A stretch of DNA of 64,000 bases from an uncultured Eubacteriales bacterium. Its GTDB lineage: Bacteria; Bacillota; Clostridia; Christensenellales; CAG-314. Location of the stretch: contig CASEME010000018.1 of NCBI GenBank assembly GCA_949289125.1, positions 134,359 through 198,358 of the forward strand, written 5' to 3'. Below the pieces are notes generated by a model. That model ran no database searches. It was not told the DNA's origin and saw only the letters and a list, made by a program, of their open reading frames with translations. Positions 56,221-64,000 of the stretch are shown in pieces; within the stretch, counting starts at the first letter, position 1, and every line of letters begins with the position of its first letter. A program made the translations under genes and the position numbers.

Positions 56221-57051
56221 CTATTTCAACAACGCGTCTATCTCATCTAATTTGTTGATAGTAGCTCTGTATCCCTCGTCTATCATCTCGTCTATCTGTT
56301 TGATAGTACTGTTGGAAAATATGCGTAGTTCTGGTTCGATAATAATATCGCTGTTTATCTGCCCTTTGTACGCAGTAGCTTTCATAAGTATACGCCAAGT
56401 AGCAGACATTCTGCTCCAAAACTTGTTGCGCTCCGTACCTTCTCCTCTTGTATGATTGAGATCTACAGATATTACCTTGTCCGCTCCCATACGGCGCACT
56501 ACGTCTGCCGGTATGTTGTTAAGCACTCCACCGTCCACAAGCCGCATATTGCCAATCTCCACAGGGGTAAATATTGCCGGCACTGCGCAACTTGCCGATA
56601 CTGCTTTGGCAACGTCGCCGCTATTGAGCACTACCTCATTGCCACTAATAAGATCGACAGCAACACATGCAAAAGGTATCTGCATCTGCTCAAAAGTCAA
56701 ACCGTTGAGCAGACGCTGAGCAATCTTCTCTATATTGCCAGAGCTGTTGTTTATTTTGAGCAGTCGGGCAGTAATAAGATCTCTGTCTTTTACGGTAAGT
56801 GAAAACTCTCTCATCTCTTCCCAACTGTAACCGGCACAGTATGCCGCACCCATTATGCTACCCACGCTTGTACCTGCGACGTAGTCAAAATGCAAACCGT
56901 GCTCTGCAAAAGCGCGCATAACACCAATGTGGGCAAAGCCTCTTGCGCCACCGCCAGAAAGTGCCAAACCCATTTTGTACTTGTTGGCTGTTTTTTTGAA
57001 ATTATATGTTTTGAACTGAGGCGTCTTAGCCTTTCTTCTAAAAATTCCCAT
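56221..57051 (-). CDS. patatin-like phospholipase
   Basis: LALSGGGARGFAHIGV, GTSVGS (GxSxG), VDGGVLNNIP. Confidence 0.85.
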   Translation of the reverse strand: MGIFRRKAKTPQFKTYNFKKTANKYKMGLALSGGGARGFAHIGVMRAFAEHGLHFDYVAGTSVGSIMGAAYCAGYSWEEMREFSLTVKDRDLITARLLKINNSSGNIEKIAQRLLNGLTFEQMQIPFACVAVDLISGNEVVLNSGDVAKAVSASCAVPAIFTPVEIGNMRLVDGGVLNNIPADVVRRMGADKVISVDLNHTRGEGTERNKFWSRMSATWRILMKATAYKGQINSDIIIEPELRIFSNSTIKQIDEMIDEGYRATINKLDEIDALLK

Positions 57052-57202
57052 GTGATTATTATACACCAAACACGGCAGTATTGCAATACCATAGGCGTTA
57101 TACACTCAAAAAGTACTGCACAATAATTTTTGCATTGCTTGTATACCATTCAACAACACCGTACAATGTGCATATCAAAAAAGTGTTGTTTCAATTTTGC
57201 AA

Positions 57203-57237
57203 CAAAAAAGATGCGGCAACTACACTGTCACCGCATC
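57203..57237 (-). terminator. intrinsic terminator of the perR-rd-rbr operon
   Basis: GATGCGG...CCGCATC, followed on the minus strand by T6. Confidence 0.6.
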
Positions 57238-57258
57238 GTAAAAATTGTAAATCTATTA

Positions 57259-57801
57259 TTATTTTTTGAAGTAACGGTTGTACAAACCAAGGAATGCTTT
57301 GCCGTGACGAGCCTCATCGCGAGCCATCTCGTGAACGGTATCGTGGATAGCGTCCAAACCAAGTTCCTTAGCACGTTTTGCAAGGTCTGTCTTGCCCATT
57401 GTTGCGCCGTTTTCTGCTTCAATACGCATCAAAAGGTTTTTAGCTGTGCTGTCGGTAACTACTTCGCCCAACAACTCTGCAAACTTAGCTGCGTGTTCAG
57501 CTTCTTCCAAAGCTGCTTTTTCCCAGTAAAGACCAATTTCGGGATAGCCTTCACGGTGAGCAACGCGTGCCATAGCAAGATACATACCAACCTCTGTGCA
57601 TTCGCCGTTGAAGTTCATTCTCAAGTCGTCCAAAATATCTTGACGAACGCCTTGTGCTACACCTACAGTGTGCTCAGCAGCCCAGCTCATATCGCCGCTT
57701 TGCTTAACAAACTTGGACTTGGGAGCCTTACATTGAGGGCACTTCTCGGGTGCTTCGTTTCCTTCGTGAACATATCCGCATACAGAACATACAAATTTCA
57801 T
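57259..57801 (-). CDS. rbr: reverse rubrerythrin (N-terminal rubredoxin-like domain + C-terminal diiron ferritin-like domain)
   Basis: [27 protein letters not shown], then ExxH motifs EEAEHAAKF and DEARHGKAF. Confidence 0.9.
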   Translation of the reverse strand: MKFVCSVCGYVHEGNEAPEKCPQCKAPKSKFVKQSGDMSWAAEHTVGVAQGVRQDILDDLRMNFNGECTEVGMYLAMARVAHREGYPEIGLYWEKAALEEAEHAAKFAELLGEVVTDSTAKNLLMRIEAENGATMGKTDLAKRAKELGLDAIHDTVHEMARDEARHGKAFLGLYNRYFKK

Positions 57802-57894
57802 AATAGTTTTTTCTCCTTAATAGTAATTTTTTTGCTTAACAATAAATATATCACAATGGTATTATACCTTGTGTAGTAAGCTTTATTAGTAACC

Positions 57895-58008
57895 TTAGTC
57901 CTCTACTTTTTCAAATTGGCTGCTGTCTACACCGCAAAGAGGACAAACCTCGGGTGCTGTTTCACCTTCGTGAACATATCCGCATACTGTACATACCCAT
58001 TTTGCCAT
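57895..58008 (-). CDS. 37-aa stand-alone rubredoxin-like CxxC...CxxC protein (below ORF-track cutoff)
   Basis: Manual translation: [45 protein letters not shown] 9 nt upstream. Paralogous to the N-terminus of the downstream rubrerythrin. Confidence 0.6.
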   Translation of the reverse strand: MAKWVCTVCGYVHEGETAPEVCPLCGVDSSQFEKVED

Positions 58009-58036
58009 AAAAGATTACCTCCAAAAAATTTTTATA

Positions 58037-58390
58037 TCAGCGGCAGTTTTTGCACTTACCGTAGATTACTATTTCTACGCTGTCCACCTCAAAGTCTTGT
58101 GTATTGATGTGCACTTCTGCGTTGTCAGCGTCCGATATTGCACCACAACAAGTACACACAAGGTGCGAGTGCGGATGTACATCGGCATCATAGTGTTCGC
58201 GGTCTCCGTTGACAGATACACGCTTTACTTTGCCTAACGCACACAACTCGGACAAATTGCGATACACAGTACCTCGACTTATACAAGGCATAACTTTGCG
58301 CACCTCGTTGTACACCCAATTAGCATCGGGATGTATACGGGTGGAACACAATGCCTCATATACTGACTCTCGCTGTCTGGAATACCTCAT
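58037..58390 (-). CDS. perR: Fur-family peroxide-stress regulator (PerR-like)
   Basis: RQRESVYEAL...ISRGTVYRNLSEL...HPHSHLVCTCCG...CKNC. Confidence 0.85.
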   Translation of the reverse strand: MRYSRQRESVYEALCSTRIHPDANWVYNEVRKVMPCISRGTVYRNLSELCALGKVKRVSVNGDREHYDADVHPHSHLVCTCCGAISDADNAEVHINTQDFEVDSVEIVIYGKCKNCR

Positions 58391-58402
58391 ATCGCTCCTA
58401 AA

Positions 58403-58417
58403 TAGTAATGATTACTA
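58403..58417. promoter_or_regulatory. Fur/PerR-box-like 7-1-7 palindrome upstream of perR
   Basis: TAGTAAT-G-ATTACTA, 13 nt upstream of the perR start. Compare the Per box TTATAATnATTATAA. Confidence 0.55.
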
Positions 58418-58536
58418 CATATAATATAGCAGTGTTGAGTACACTTGTCAACAAATTTTACATACATTTTTTCATAAAACAGTTGAAAAAAAATGGCTAA
58501 TAATTTACAATCATATATATTTATAGGAGTACACTT

Positions 58537-59289
58537 TTGAACACACAACAGTTGTTGTCGCACATGCGACGCGCAATAAACGATTACAATATGATACAAA
58601 GCGGTGACAAAATAGCTGTAGGCGTATCTGGCGGCAAGGACAGTATGGTATTGCTGTATTTGTTAAAAGCCTTTCAACGCTTTAGCGACAAGCCGTTTGA
58701 ACTGATGGGCGTAACTATAGATATGGGATTTGACAAAAATTTATTTACTCCCGTACAAAAATTTTGCGACCAAAACAACATACACTATGTTGTCGAACAC
58801 ACAGACATAGCCGAGATAGTATTTGACATACGCAAAGAAAGCAATCCATGCAGTCTTTGTAGCAAAATGCGCCGAGGCGCACTCAACTCTGTGTTGCAAA
58901 GATATGGTTACAACAAATTAGCTCTTGGCCATCACAAAAACGATGTTGTAGAAACATTTCTTTTGAGTCTTGTATACGAAGGACGGCTAAACACCTTTCA
59001 ACCCAAATCGTATATGAGTCGCTCACAAATTACTCTCATACGTCCGCTTGTCTATCTCGAAGAACGCGAAATGGCAAACCTTGTAAGCACTTTGCCCGTA
59101 GTTACCAACCCTTGCCCTGCCGACAAACATTCGGAAAGACAAACTATGAAAGAGGTGATTGCAGACCTCAGAAAACGCTACCCTGATGTAGAACAACGCT
59201 TTGCCCGTGCTATTATGCACCCCGAACGATACAACTTGTGGGACAAAACACAGCAAGATGCACCGCTCGACAACGGCTACAATGCATAA
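58537..59289 (+). CDS. ttcA: TtcA-family PP-loop tRNA 2-thiocytidine synthase-like protein
   Basis: TTG start after AGGAG. VGVSGGKDSMVLL (SGGxDS), CSLCSKMRRG, NPCPAD. Confidence 0.8.
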   Translation: MNTQQLLSHMRRAINDYNMIQSGDKIAVGVSGGKDSMVLLYLLKAFQRFSDKPFELMGVTIDMGFDKNLFTPVQKFCDQNNIHYVVEHTDIAEIVFDIRKESNPCSLCSKMRRGALNSVLQRYGYNKLALGHHKNDVVETFLLSLVYEGRLNTFQPKSYMSRSQITLIRPLVYLEEREMANLVSTLPVVTNPCPADKHSERQTMKEVIADLRKRYPDVEQRFARAIMHPERYNLWDKTQQDAPLDNGYNA

Positions 59290-59307
59290 TACACTAATAC
59301 AAAAAAC

Positions 59308-59350
59308 AAACTCTGAACAGGCTAAATACACCTATTCAGAGTTTTATTTT
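59308..59350. terminator. bidirectional intrinsic terminator
   Basis: AAACTCTGAA / TTCAGAGTTT with A-run and T-run flanks. Confidence 0.65.
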
Positions 59351-59356
59351 TAGTTA

Positions 59357-60619
59357 CTATGCAGCTTCTTTGGTAGTAGTATTTGGTCGCCTCAACAAAA
59401 AGTCCATATAGTTGGCAAACACATCAGCTTTTACTTTGATACTTGTAGCCACTGTATAATTATCTTTGTCTGCACCCACCAATCGTATATCGCTTACCAC
59501 TACTGTCTTGTCCTTGCCGTACAAAGAGTCTTCAAACTTAGCTTTGATAGAACCCAAAGCCACCTCGTCACCTTCGATAACGCCGTTGAGCGTTCCTATT
59601 TGGTCGAGCTGTGCACTTGCCGTACCATCGTAGTTTTTGTGTTGTGCCGACATACCGCTTATATCCAAAACTTTGGGCGTTATTGTGCCATTGAGCTTAC
59701 TGTTTTGTGTGTCTATCACATAATTGCAAGCGTCCTCACCCTCAAGTGTAATGCGTTGCAAATCCACTGCTTTTTGCTTGCCTACGTTTTTGTCTGTAAA
59801 GTGCAAAGACTGCACGTTGACATACACCTCGTCACCTTCTTTGACGCCTTTCAAAGTTAGCTGATATCCGCTTATATTGTCCGTACCGTCATACGTCTTA
59901 ACTATCGGTCTGTCGCAGTGCACAGTGATAGGCAATGGCAATACGCTAAGTGTACCTGTAATTACTTCCACGTCATAACCATCGCACACTATCTCACCTT
60001 TGGGCTCGAGCACATAGTTGCCCACCTTTTGGTGAGGTATTGACACTACAGCTACGTCGCCTTGAGGACACTGTCCGCCATAACCGTCTATATAGCCTTT
60101 GATACTGTAAGTGACTTGCGGTTGCTCATCGCCATAATAACAAGACGCATTGGGCACTACTACGCTAAGAAGGGGACGTTTTACTTTGACATTCATCACT
60201 TGCGTATAGCCTGTACCCACATTGACACGCACATTGTAGTTGCCCGTATGCATTGGAGCTATGTCTATGGCAATCTGCCGTCCCTTAGAATAACGCCCTG
60301 TATATACACGCTTGTTTTCCACATACCAACTTACTTGTGCGCCCTCTTTCACTTCGACATCTCCCAACTGCAAAGTAAGCCGTTGTTGCTCACCCACACG
60401 CATTGTTGAGTTACCCTCTATCTTACCTATATAGGTAACGTTGGCATTGACAAAGTAACGCAAAGCCAACATAAGGCTTAGTGCGATTACCGTTGCTATC
60501 AATATACCGATAAGCAACTTTTGAGCTGTGCGCCTATCGGCTTGTTGTATAGTCTGCGCTTGCTCAGTTGTAGCAGACTTCTTGCTCTTAGTCGTATGCT
60601 CACTTTCTTTTTTTGCCAT
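59357..60619 (-). CDS. membrane-anchored surface protein with MBG/YDG-type repeat domains
   Basis: N-terminal TM after a basic leader. Repeated K.YDGT...L.G...GD.V motifs (VKTYDGTDNIS, HKNYDGTASAQL) and ...DNYTV. Confidence 0.6.
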   Translation of the reverse strand: MAKKESEHTTKSKKSATTEQAQTIQQADRRTAQKLLIGILIATVIALSLMLALRYFVNANVTYIGKIEGNSTMRVGEQQRLTLQLGDVEVKEGAQVSWYVENKRVYTGRYSKGRQIAIDIAPMHTGNYNVRVNVGTGYTQVMNVKVKRPLLSVVVPNASCYYGDEQPQVTYSIKGYIDGYGGQCPQGDVAVVSIPHQKVGNYVLEPKGEIVCDGYDVEVITGTLSVLPLPITVHCDRPIVKTYDGTDNISGYQLTLKGVKEGDEVYVNVQSLHFTDKNVGKQKAVDLQRITLEGEDACNYVIDTQNSKLNGTITPKVLDISGMSAQHKNYDGTASAQLDQIGTLNGVIEGDEVALGSIKAKFEDSLYGKDKTVVVSDIRLVGADKDNYTVATSIKVKADVFANYMDFLLRRPNTTTKEAA

Positions 60620-60754
60620 AAATACACCTCCGTGTATCTATAGCTTGCGTAAACCAACCAATATTATACCCACTACAGTACCACGCGCTTTGGAAAATTG
60701 ACTGCAACATATTGTGTTTAATATACTATTAACATCAACCGCAATATTAACAAA

Positions 60755-60786
60755 CAAAAAAACAACACGCTAATTGTAGCGTGTTG
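60755..60786 (-). terminator. intrinsic terminator after the TetR gene
   Basis: CAACACGCTA / TAGCGTGTTG, followed on the minus strand by T8. Confidence 0.65.
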
Positions 60787-60806
60787 CAATGTTACAAATA
60801 TAAAAC

Positions 60807-61433
60807 TTATTCTGCCTTGTCTTCATCGGTTGCGGGCAATGCTACTTCTTCGTCTGTAAAGTGGTCGTATCTCATCTTCATTTGACCGAAGAAGAAGGTT
60901 ATCAATTCGCGCGAATAGCGTGCTTGCATCTCTGCAGTCTGACCGTTGTTGAGAATTTTGAACAATGCAGTTAAAAAACTCTCTGCTATTGCATCATAAA
61001 AGTCGGGGTTACTAATTTTGTTGTCTATCTCAGGAAAAGCCTCTTTCATCATTTTCCTAATCTTGCCCGATATTACTTCCACTATATATTTGATAAATGC
61101 ATCATAATGTACAGTCTTGCCCTTGCGGATAATCAGTATCTCGTCGCTGTATTGCATAAGAAAACTAACCAACGATTCCGATACTTCTTTCATTGTACGA
61201 CCTTTGAAAACAAACTCCTTTTCTATAGTTTGCTTTACGCTGTCAATAAAAGGATTGATGACAGCAAAATACAATGACTCCTTATTGGTAAAGTAACGAT
61301 AAATGTTACCCAAAGAAATCTCGGCATTGTCGGCTATGTTACGAATTGATGCATCGGCATAACCGTATTGCTTAAACTCCTCTACGGCCGCTGCCAATAT
61401 TCGTTCTCTGACTTCCTTTTTCAAGTACTGCAT
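60807..61433 (-). CDS. TetR/AcrR-family transcriptional regulator
   Basis: RERILAAAVEEFKQYGYADASIRNIADNAEISLGNIYRYFTNKESL. Start at 61433 after GAGGAG. Confidence 0.85.
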   Translation of the reverse strand: MQYLKKEVRERILAAAVEEFKQYGYADASIRNIADNAEISLGNIYRYFTNKESLYFAVINPFIDSVKQTIEKEFVFKGRTMKEVSESLVSFLMQYSDEILIIRKGKTVHYDAFIKYIVEVISGKIRKMMKEAFPEIDNKISNPDFYDAIAESFLTALFKILNNGQTAEMQARYSRELITFFFGQMKMRYDHFTDEEVALPATDEDKAE

Positions 61434-61525
61434 AAGTTGCTCCTCGTGTACTATTGTAGCACAGTGAACAACGAAAAGCAAGTACTTTTTTGAAGCACGA
61501 GCTATAAATATATTTTATGTTTATT

Positions 61526-62257
61526 TTAGTATGCACACTCCAACAACATTTTGTCTGCCAACAAAGCTATAAATTCGCCATTTGTAGGCTTTTCTTGTGA
61601 GGAGTATACTTTGACGCCAAACAACGAATTGATATTTTCTATTTTGCCTCTGTTCCAAGCTACTTCTATAGCATGACGTATAGCACGTTCGACTTTGCTG
61701 GATGTTGTGTCAAACTTGCTTGCAATAGTAGGATACAGACTTTTGGTAATAGAGTTGATTATCGGCGGATTGTCCACTGCCAATTTGATGCCCTCTCTCA
61801 AAAATTGATAGCCCTTAATATGCGCAGGTATGCCCACGCTTACAAATATATTGCTTATGCGCTCGTCCAAAGTCTTTTCGGATACGCTTTTGCGACGTAC
61901 CATACGAGCGTTGTTGGCAACAGCTTTGTTTGCCGCTTGATAAATACGCTGTTCGAGCACACCATACTCTACAGGCTTTACAAGATAATAAGACGCACCA
62001 AGCTCCAACGCTTTTATTATAAACACTTCGCTCTTAAGCTCCGTAGCCACAATAAATTTTACATTGGACACGCTCTCAAGCAATGCAAAGCCGTCTGCGC
62101 CCGACATCACCAATTCTGTCACCACTACATCGGGCTTGTATTGCTCTATACATTGACGTGCGCCTGTGCCGTCTGTACTGAACACTATTTCAAAATCCGC
62201 ATTTTTGCGCAACTGCTCTTCACTTTCCGATTGACATACCAAACCTACTTTTATCAT
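61526..62257 (-). CDS. spo0A: Spo0A (sporulation master regulator) with atypical receiver domain
   Basis: C-terminal signature GIPAHIKGYQFLREGI...ITKSLYPTIASKFDTTSSKVERAIRHAIEVAWNRG...KPTNGEFIALLADK. Start ATG 62257 after GGAGGCG. The receiver has CQ for the DD pair and E48 for the phospho-acceptor Asp. Confidence 0.9.
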   Translation of the reverse strand: MIKVGLVCQSESEEQLRKNADFEIVFSTDGTGARQCIEQYKPDVVVTELVMSGADGFALLESVSNVKFIVATELKSEVFIIKALELGASYYLVKPVEYGVLEQRIYQAANKAVANNARMVRRKSVSEKTLDERISNIFVSVGIPAHIKGYQFLREGIKLAVDNPPIINSITKSLYPTIASKFDTTSSKVERAIRHAIEVAWNRGKIENINSLFGVKVYSSQEKPTNGEFIALLADKMLLECAY

Positions 62258-62340
62258 ATCCGCCTCCGTTAATTGTAAAAAGAGTATATCATACTTTTGA
62301 ATGAAAATAAAATACTTTTGTGCAAAAATATTTGTATTTT

Positions 62341-62357
62341 TGTCTAAAAGTGTCGAA
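62341..62357 (+). promoter_or_regulatory. 0A-box-like motifs between spo0A and spoIIID
   Basis: TGTCTAA-aag-TGTCGAA. TGTCGAA (62351-62357) is the core Spo0A box, ~95 nt upstream of the spo0A start. Confidence 0.4.
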
Positions 62358-62555
62358 CGCACCCAAAATTTGTTTTGACATAAAGAATTGCCACGTTTAT
62401 GCGGCGCAAAACGCAAAAATTGAAGTAAATTGTATATGTTGAGGTGTGTATTGCAGTTATTTAATTGCTTTTTGTATCTATGTTTGCCTTACACTACGCA
62501 TATTTACAAAAATCGACAATATATTATAACAACACATATTCTCAAGGGGAGTAAA

Positions 62556-62825
62556 ATGAAACAATACATACGGGCACGCATTATTGAAGTGGCAGATTAT
62601 ATTATTGCCACTCGTTGCACCGTGCGTCAAGCCGGCAAAAAGTTTTGCCTGTCCAAGTCCACCGTGCACAAAGACATGCAACAACGTCTGCCCGAAGTAG
62701 ACAGAGAAAAATGGCAAACGGTCAACAACGTGTTGGAAAATAATCTCAGTCAACGTCATTTGCGCGGCGGTATAGCCACCAAACGCAAGTACCAAAAGCA
62801 ACGAATGTTGAACACCTCCGTTTGA
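62556..62825 (+). CDS. spoIIID: stage III sporulation protein D
   Basis: MKQYIRARIIEVADYIIATRCTVRQAGKKFCLSKSTVHKDMQQRLPEVD...SQRHLRGGIATKRKYQ parallels B. subtilis SpoIIID. Start after GGGGAG. Confidence 0.9.
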   Translation: MKQYIRARIIEVADYIIATRCTVRQAGKKFCLSKSTVHKDMQQRLPEVDREKWQTVNNVLENNLSQRHLRGGIATKRKYQKQRMLNTSV

Positions 62826-62834
62826 CAAAAAGCA

Positions 62835-62868
62835 AGTGCCGCACATTATTTGTGCGGCACTATTGTTT
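62835..62868 (+). terminator. intrinsic terminator after spoIIID
   Basis: AGTGCCGCACA / TGTGCGGCACT followed by a T-rich tail. Confidence 0.6.
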
Positions 62869-62883
62869 GTATGTATTGTGTTG

Positions 62884-63846
62884 CTACATAAGGTCGTCGT
62901 CATTGTAAAGCTTTACCATACATTGCGAATCGTCTCTCAATCCTTTGCCCACCACATTGAGCAGACTTACTAAACCATCTGCCGAGCGGTGACGTTGACG
63001 CCTTTCGTGCTCTTTCAAAAATATCTCGTTTGCTTTTTGCTGTAGACTTTGTTTGTCCACGTTGCCTTCAAACAACATATCGCATATTTCTTTGCCATAC
63101 TGATATGACAAATTTAGCATTTCGTCTACGTACTGCTCGTCAAAATTGAAGTGATCCTTTTTGAAGTCGTTGCATATACCAAGGTCAAGCTCAACTACCG
63201 GTATGTCGGTAGTAAATTCCTTGCGATAGTCGTATCGTGAGTCAAAATGCAAAACAAATATCAAGTCGGGCTTTTGCTGTTCATCAGTTTTTAATAACGG
63301 ATAAAGAGGTATATTGTCTATCGCACCGCCGTCTATAGCAAGTCGCTTGTTGAGAATATCAGGACGTATACGTAAAAACGGAAAGTTGGTACCTGCATTC
63401 ATATACCTTTTCCAATACGGTACATATCGACCGCACAGCCCAAAGTATTTCACTGCAAAAAACGGTATGAAACTTACGGGAAAATATACGGGCACTTTCA
63501 ACACATCGTCTATTGCCAAAAACGAATTGACCATATCGGCAAGCAAGTTTTTGACACACACCTGCCACAACAACTCTCGTTTTTTGCTAATTTTTATATT
63601 TCTATAAATATACTCGAGTGCGTTGAGTTTGCCTGTCGATAATGCGTATGCTGTATACATACCCATAGACGAGCCTGACAAACGTACAAACTGACTTATA
63701 TCTACGTATTCGAGCAGCGCCTTGGTAAAGCCTATCTGATAAGCACATTTGCTTATCCCGCCCGAATACGCTATGGCTATTTTGAGACCTCTTGCATTAT
63801 TTTTTTTGTGTCCACAGCCGCAACCTCCTCTACAATGTCTGCCTGT
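62884..63846 (-). CDS. patatin-like phospholipase whose conserved N-terminus has no in-frame start (needs frame change at A8 tract)
   Basis: This frame reads ...RGLKIAIAYSGGISKCAYQIGF...LSGSSMG (GxSxG)...IDGGAIDNIP. It is open from 63846, but the first canonical start (TTG 63681) lies after the SGG oxyanion motif. The upstream ORF 63777-63995 is in the -1-related frame. Confidence 0.7.
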   Translation of the reverse strand, partial: TGRHCRGGCGCGHKKNNARGLKIAIAYSGGISKCAYQIGFTKALLEYVDISQFVRLSGSSMGMYTAYALSTGKLNALEYIYRNIKISKKRELLWQVCVKNLLADMVNSFLAIDDVLKVPVYFPVSFIPFFAVKYFGLCGRYVPYWKRYMNAGTNFPFLRIRPDILNKRLAIDGGAIDNIPLYPLLKTDEQQKPDLIFVLHFDSRYDYRKEFTTDIPVVELDLGICNDFKKDHFNFDEQYVDEMLNLSYQYGKEICDMLFEGNVDKQSLQQKANEIFLKEHERRQRHRSADGLVSLLNVVGKGLRDDSQCMVKLYNDDDLM

Positions 63847-64000
63847 TCAGCCGTACCCATATTCTCCTTGTTGTCGTTTTGTGCATCGTACGTACTGTTA
63901 TCGGCAGTTGATGGTATTTCCAACCCTTTAACTATTTCACTGCGTTGCAGTTCTGTCTCACGTATCCAACTGTCAAGTGCTTTGACATTGGACACAAACA
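63777..64000 (-). CDS. acidic N-terminal ORF, probably the 5' part of the patatin gene; may continue beyond the window
   Basis: 72-aa ORF (GTG-initiated in the track, no stop upstream within the window) ending just past the A8 run at 63800-63807. Confidence 0.4.
   Translation of the reverse strand, partial: FVSNVKALDSWIRETELQRSEIVKGLEIPSTADNSTYDAQNDNKENMGTAEQADIVEEVAAVDTKKIMQEVSK

Noticed and set aside
1-64000. Search for CRISPR arrays, rRNA, intact tRNA genes, integrases and transposases.
   Set aside because: No regularly spaced direct repeats, no rRNA-like conserved blocks, no complete cloverleaf and no recombinase-type ORF were seen in the window. The only T-arm-like sequences are the fragments at 14244-14281 and 14426-14465.

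Overview
The window has two parts.

**(A) Positions 1 to ~15,600: accessory / defence island.**
- The region is visibly A+T-rich and almost entirely minus-strand. No integrase or transposase lies in the window.
- At the left edge, a SIR2-domain gene runs off the window. The ORF track misses it. A small TPR-like gene sits just upstream of it.
- Decayed mobile-element remnants follow.
- A complete Wadjet jetABCD operon comes next. An in-line HipB/y4mF-like XRE gene and an array of operator-like palindromes lie upstream of it.
- A PPP-family metallophosphatase and a frameshifted GNAT gene follow.
- A ~235-nt structured non-coding element occurs twice as direct repeats. The repeats bracket a 2.5-kb cassette.
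- The cassette holds a tripartite toxin-antitoxin-SecB-like-chaperone (TAC) module, a GIY-YIG-like gene and a small basic protein.
- The second repeat copy abuts a tRNA 3'-end fragment (T-arm, acceptor strand, CCA) plus a terminator. A decayed second fragment lies ~150 nt further on, followed by a Toprim/OLD-type nuclease remnant.

**(B) Positions ~15,600 to 64,000: higher-GC core genome of a spore-forming, Clostridia-like Firmicute.**
- Metabolism and transport: [FeFe] hydrogenase, PlsC-type acyltransferase, GltS-like symporter, a purine PRT / NCS2 permease pair, pfkA, GH20 hexosaminidase and a fused MacB-type ABC transporter.
- Glycogen and housekeeping: glgC-glgD-glgA, obg-yhbY, nth, cysteine desulfurase, split ChrA and TauE transporters, and RNase P RNA.
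- Sporulation: sigK, spo0A and spoIIID.
- An aroC-aroB-aroA::aroE-aroQ-aroK operon.
- A perR / mini-rubredoxin / reverse-rubrerythrin operon, ttcA, and two patatin-like lipases.

**Most noteworthy observations:**
- the SIR2 + TPR pair beside Wadjet;
- the duplicated structured element with a tRNA-like end;
- the TAC module;
- the XRE-gated Wadjet arrangement;
- a Spo0A whose receiver domain lacks the acidic pocket and carries Glu at the phospho-acceptor position;
- a patatin gene whose N-terminus is reachable only through a -1 shift on an A8 tract.

**Caveats.** All calls come from reading the sequence and the ORF translations. No database search was run. Several frame disruptions sit in short A-runs and could be assembly errors.
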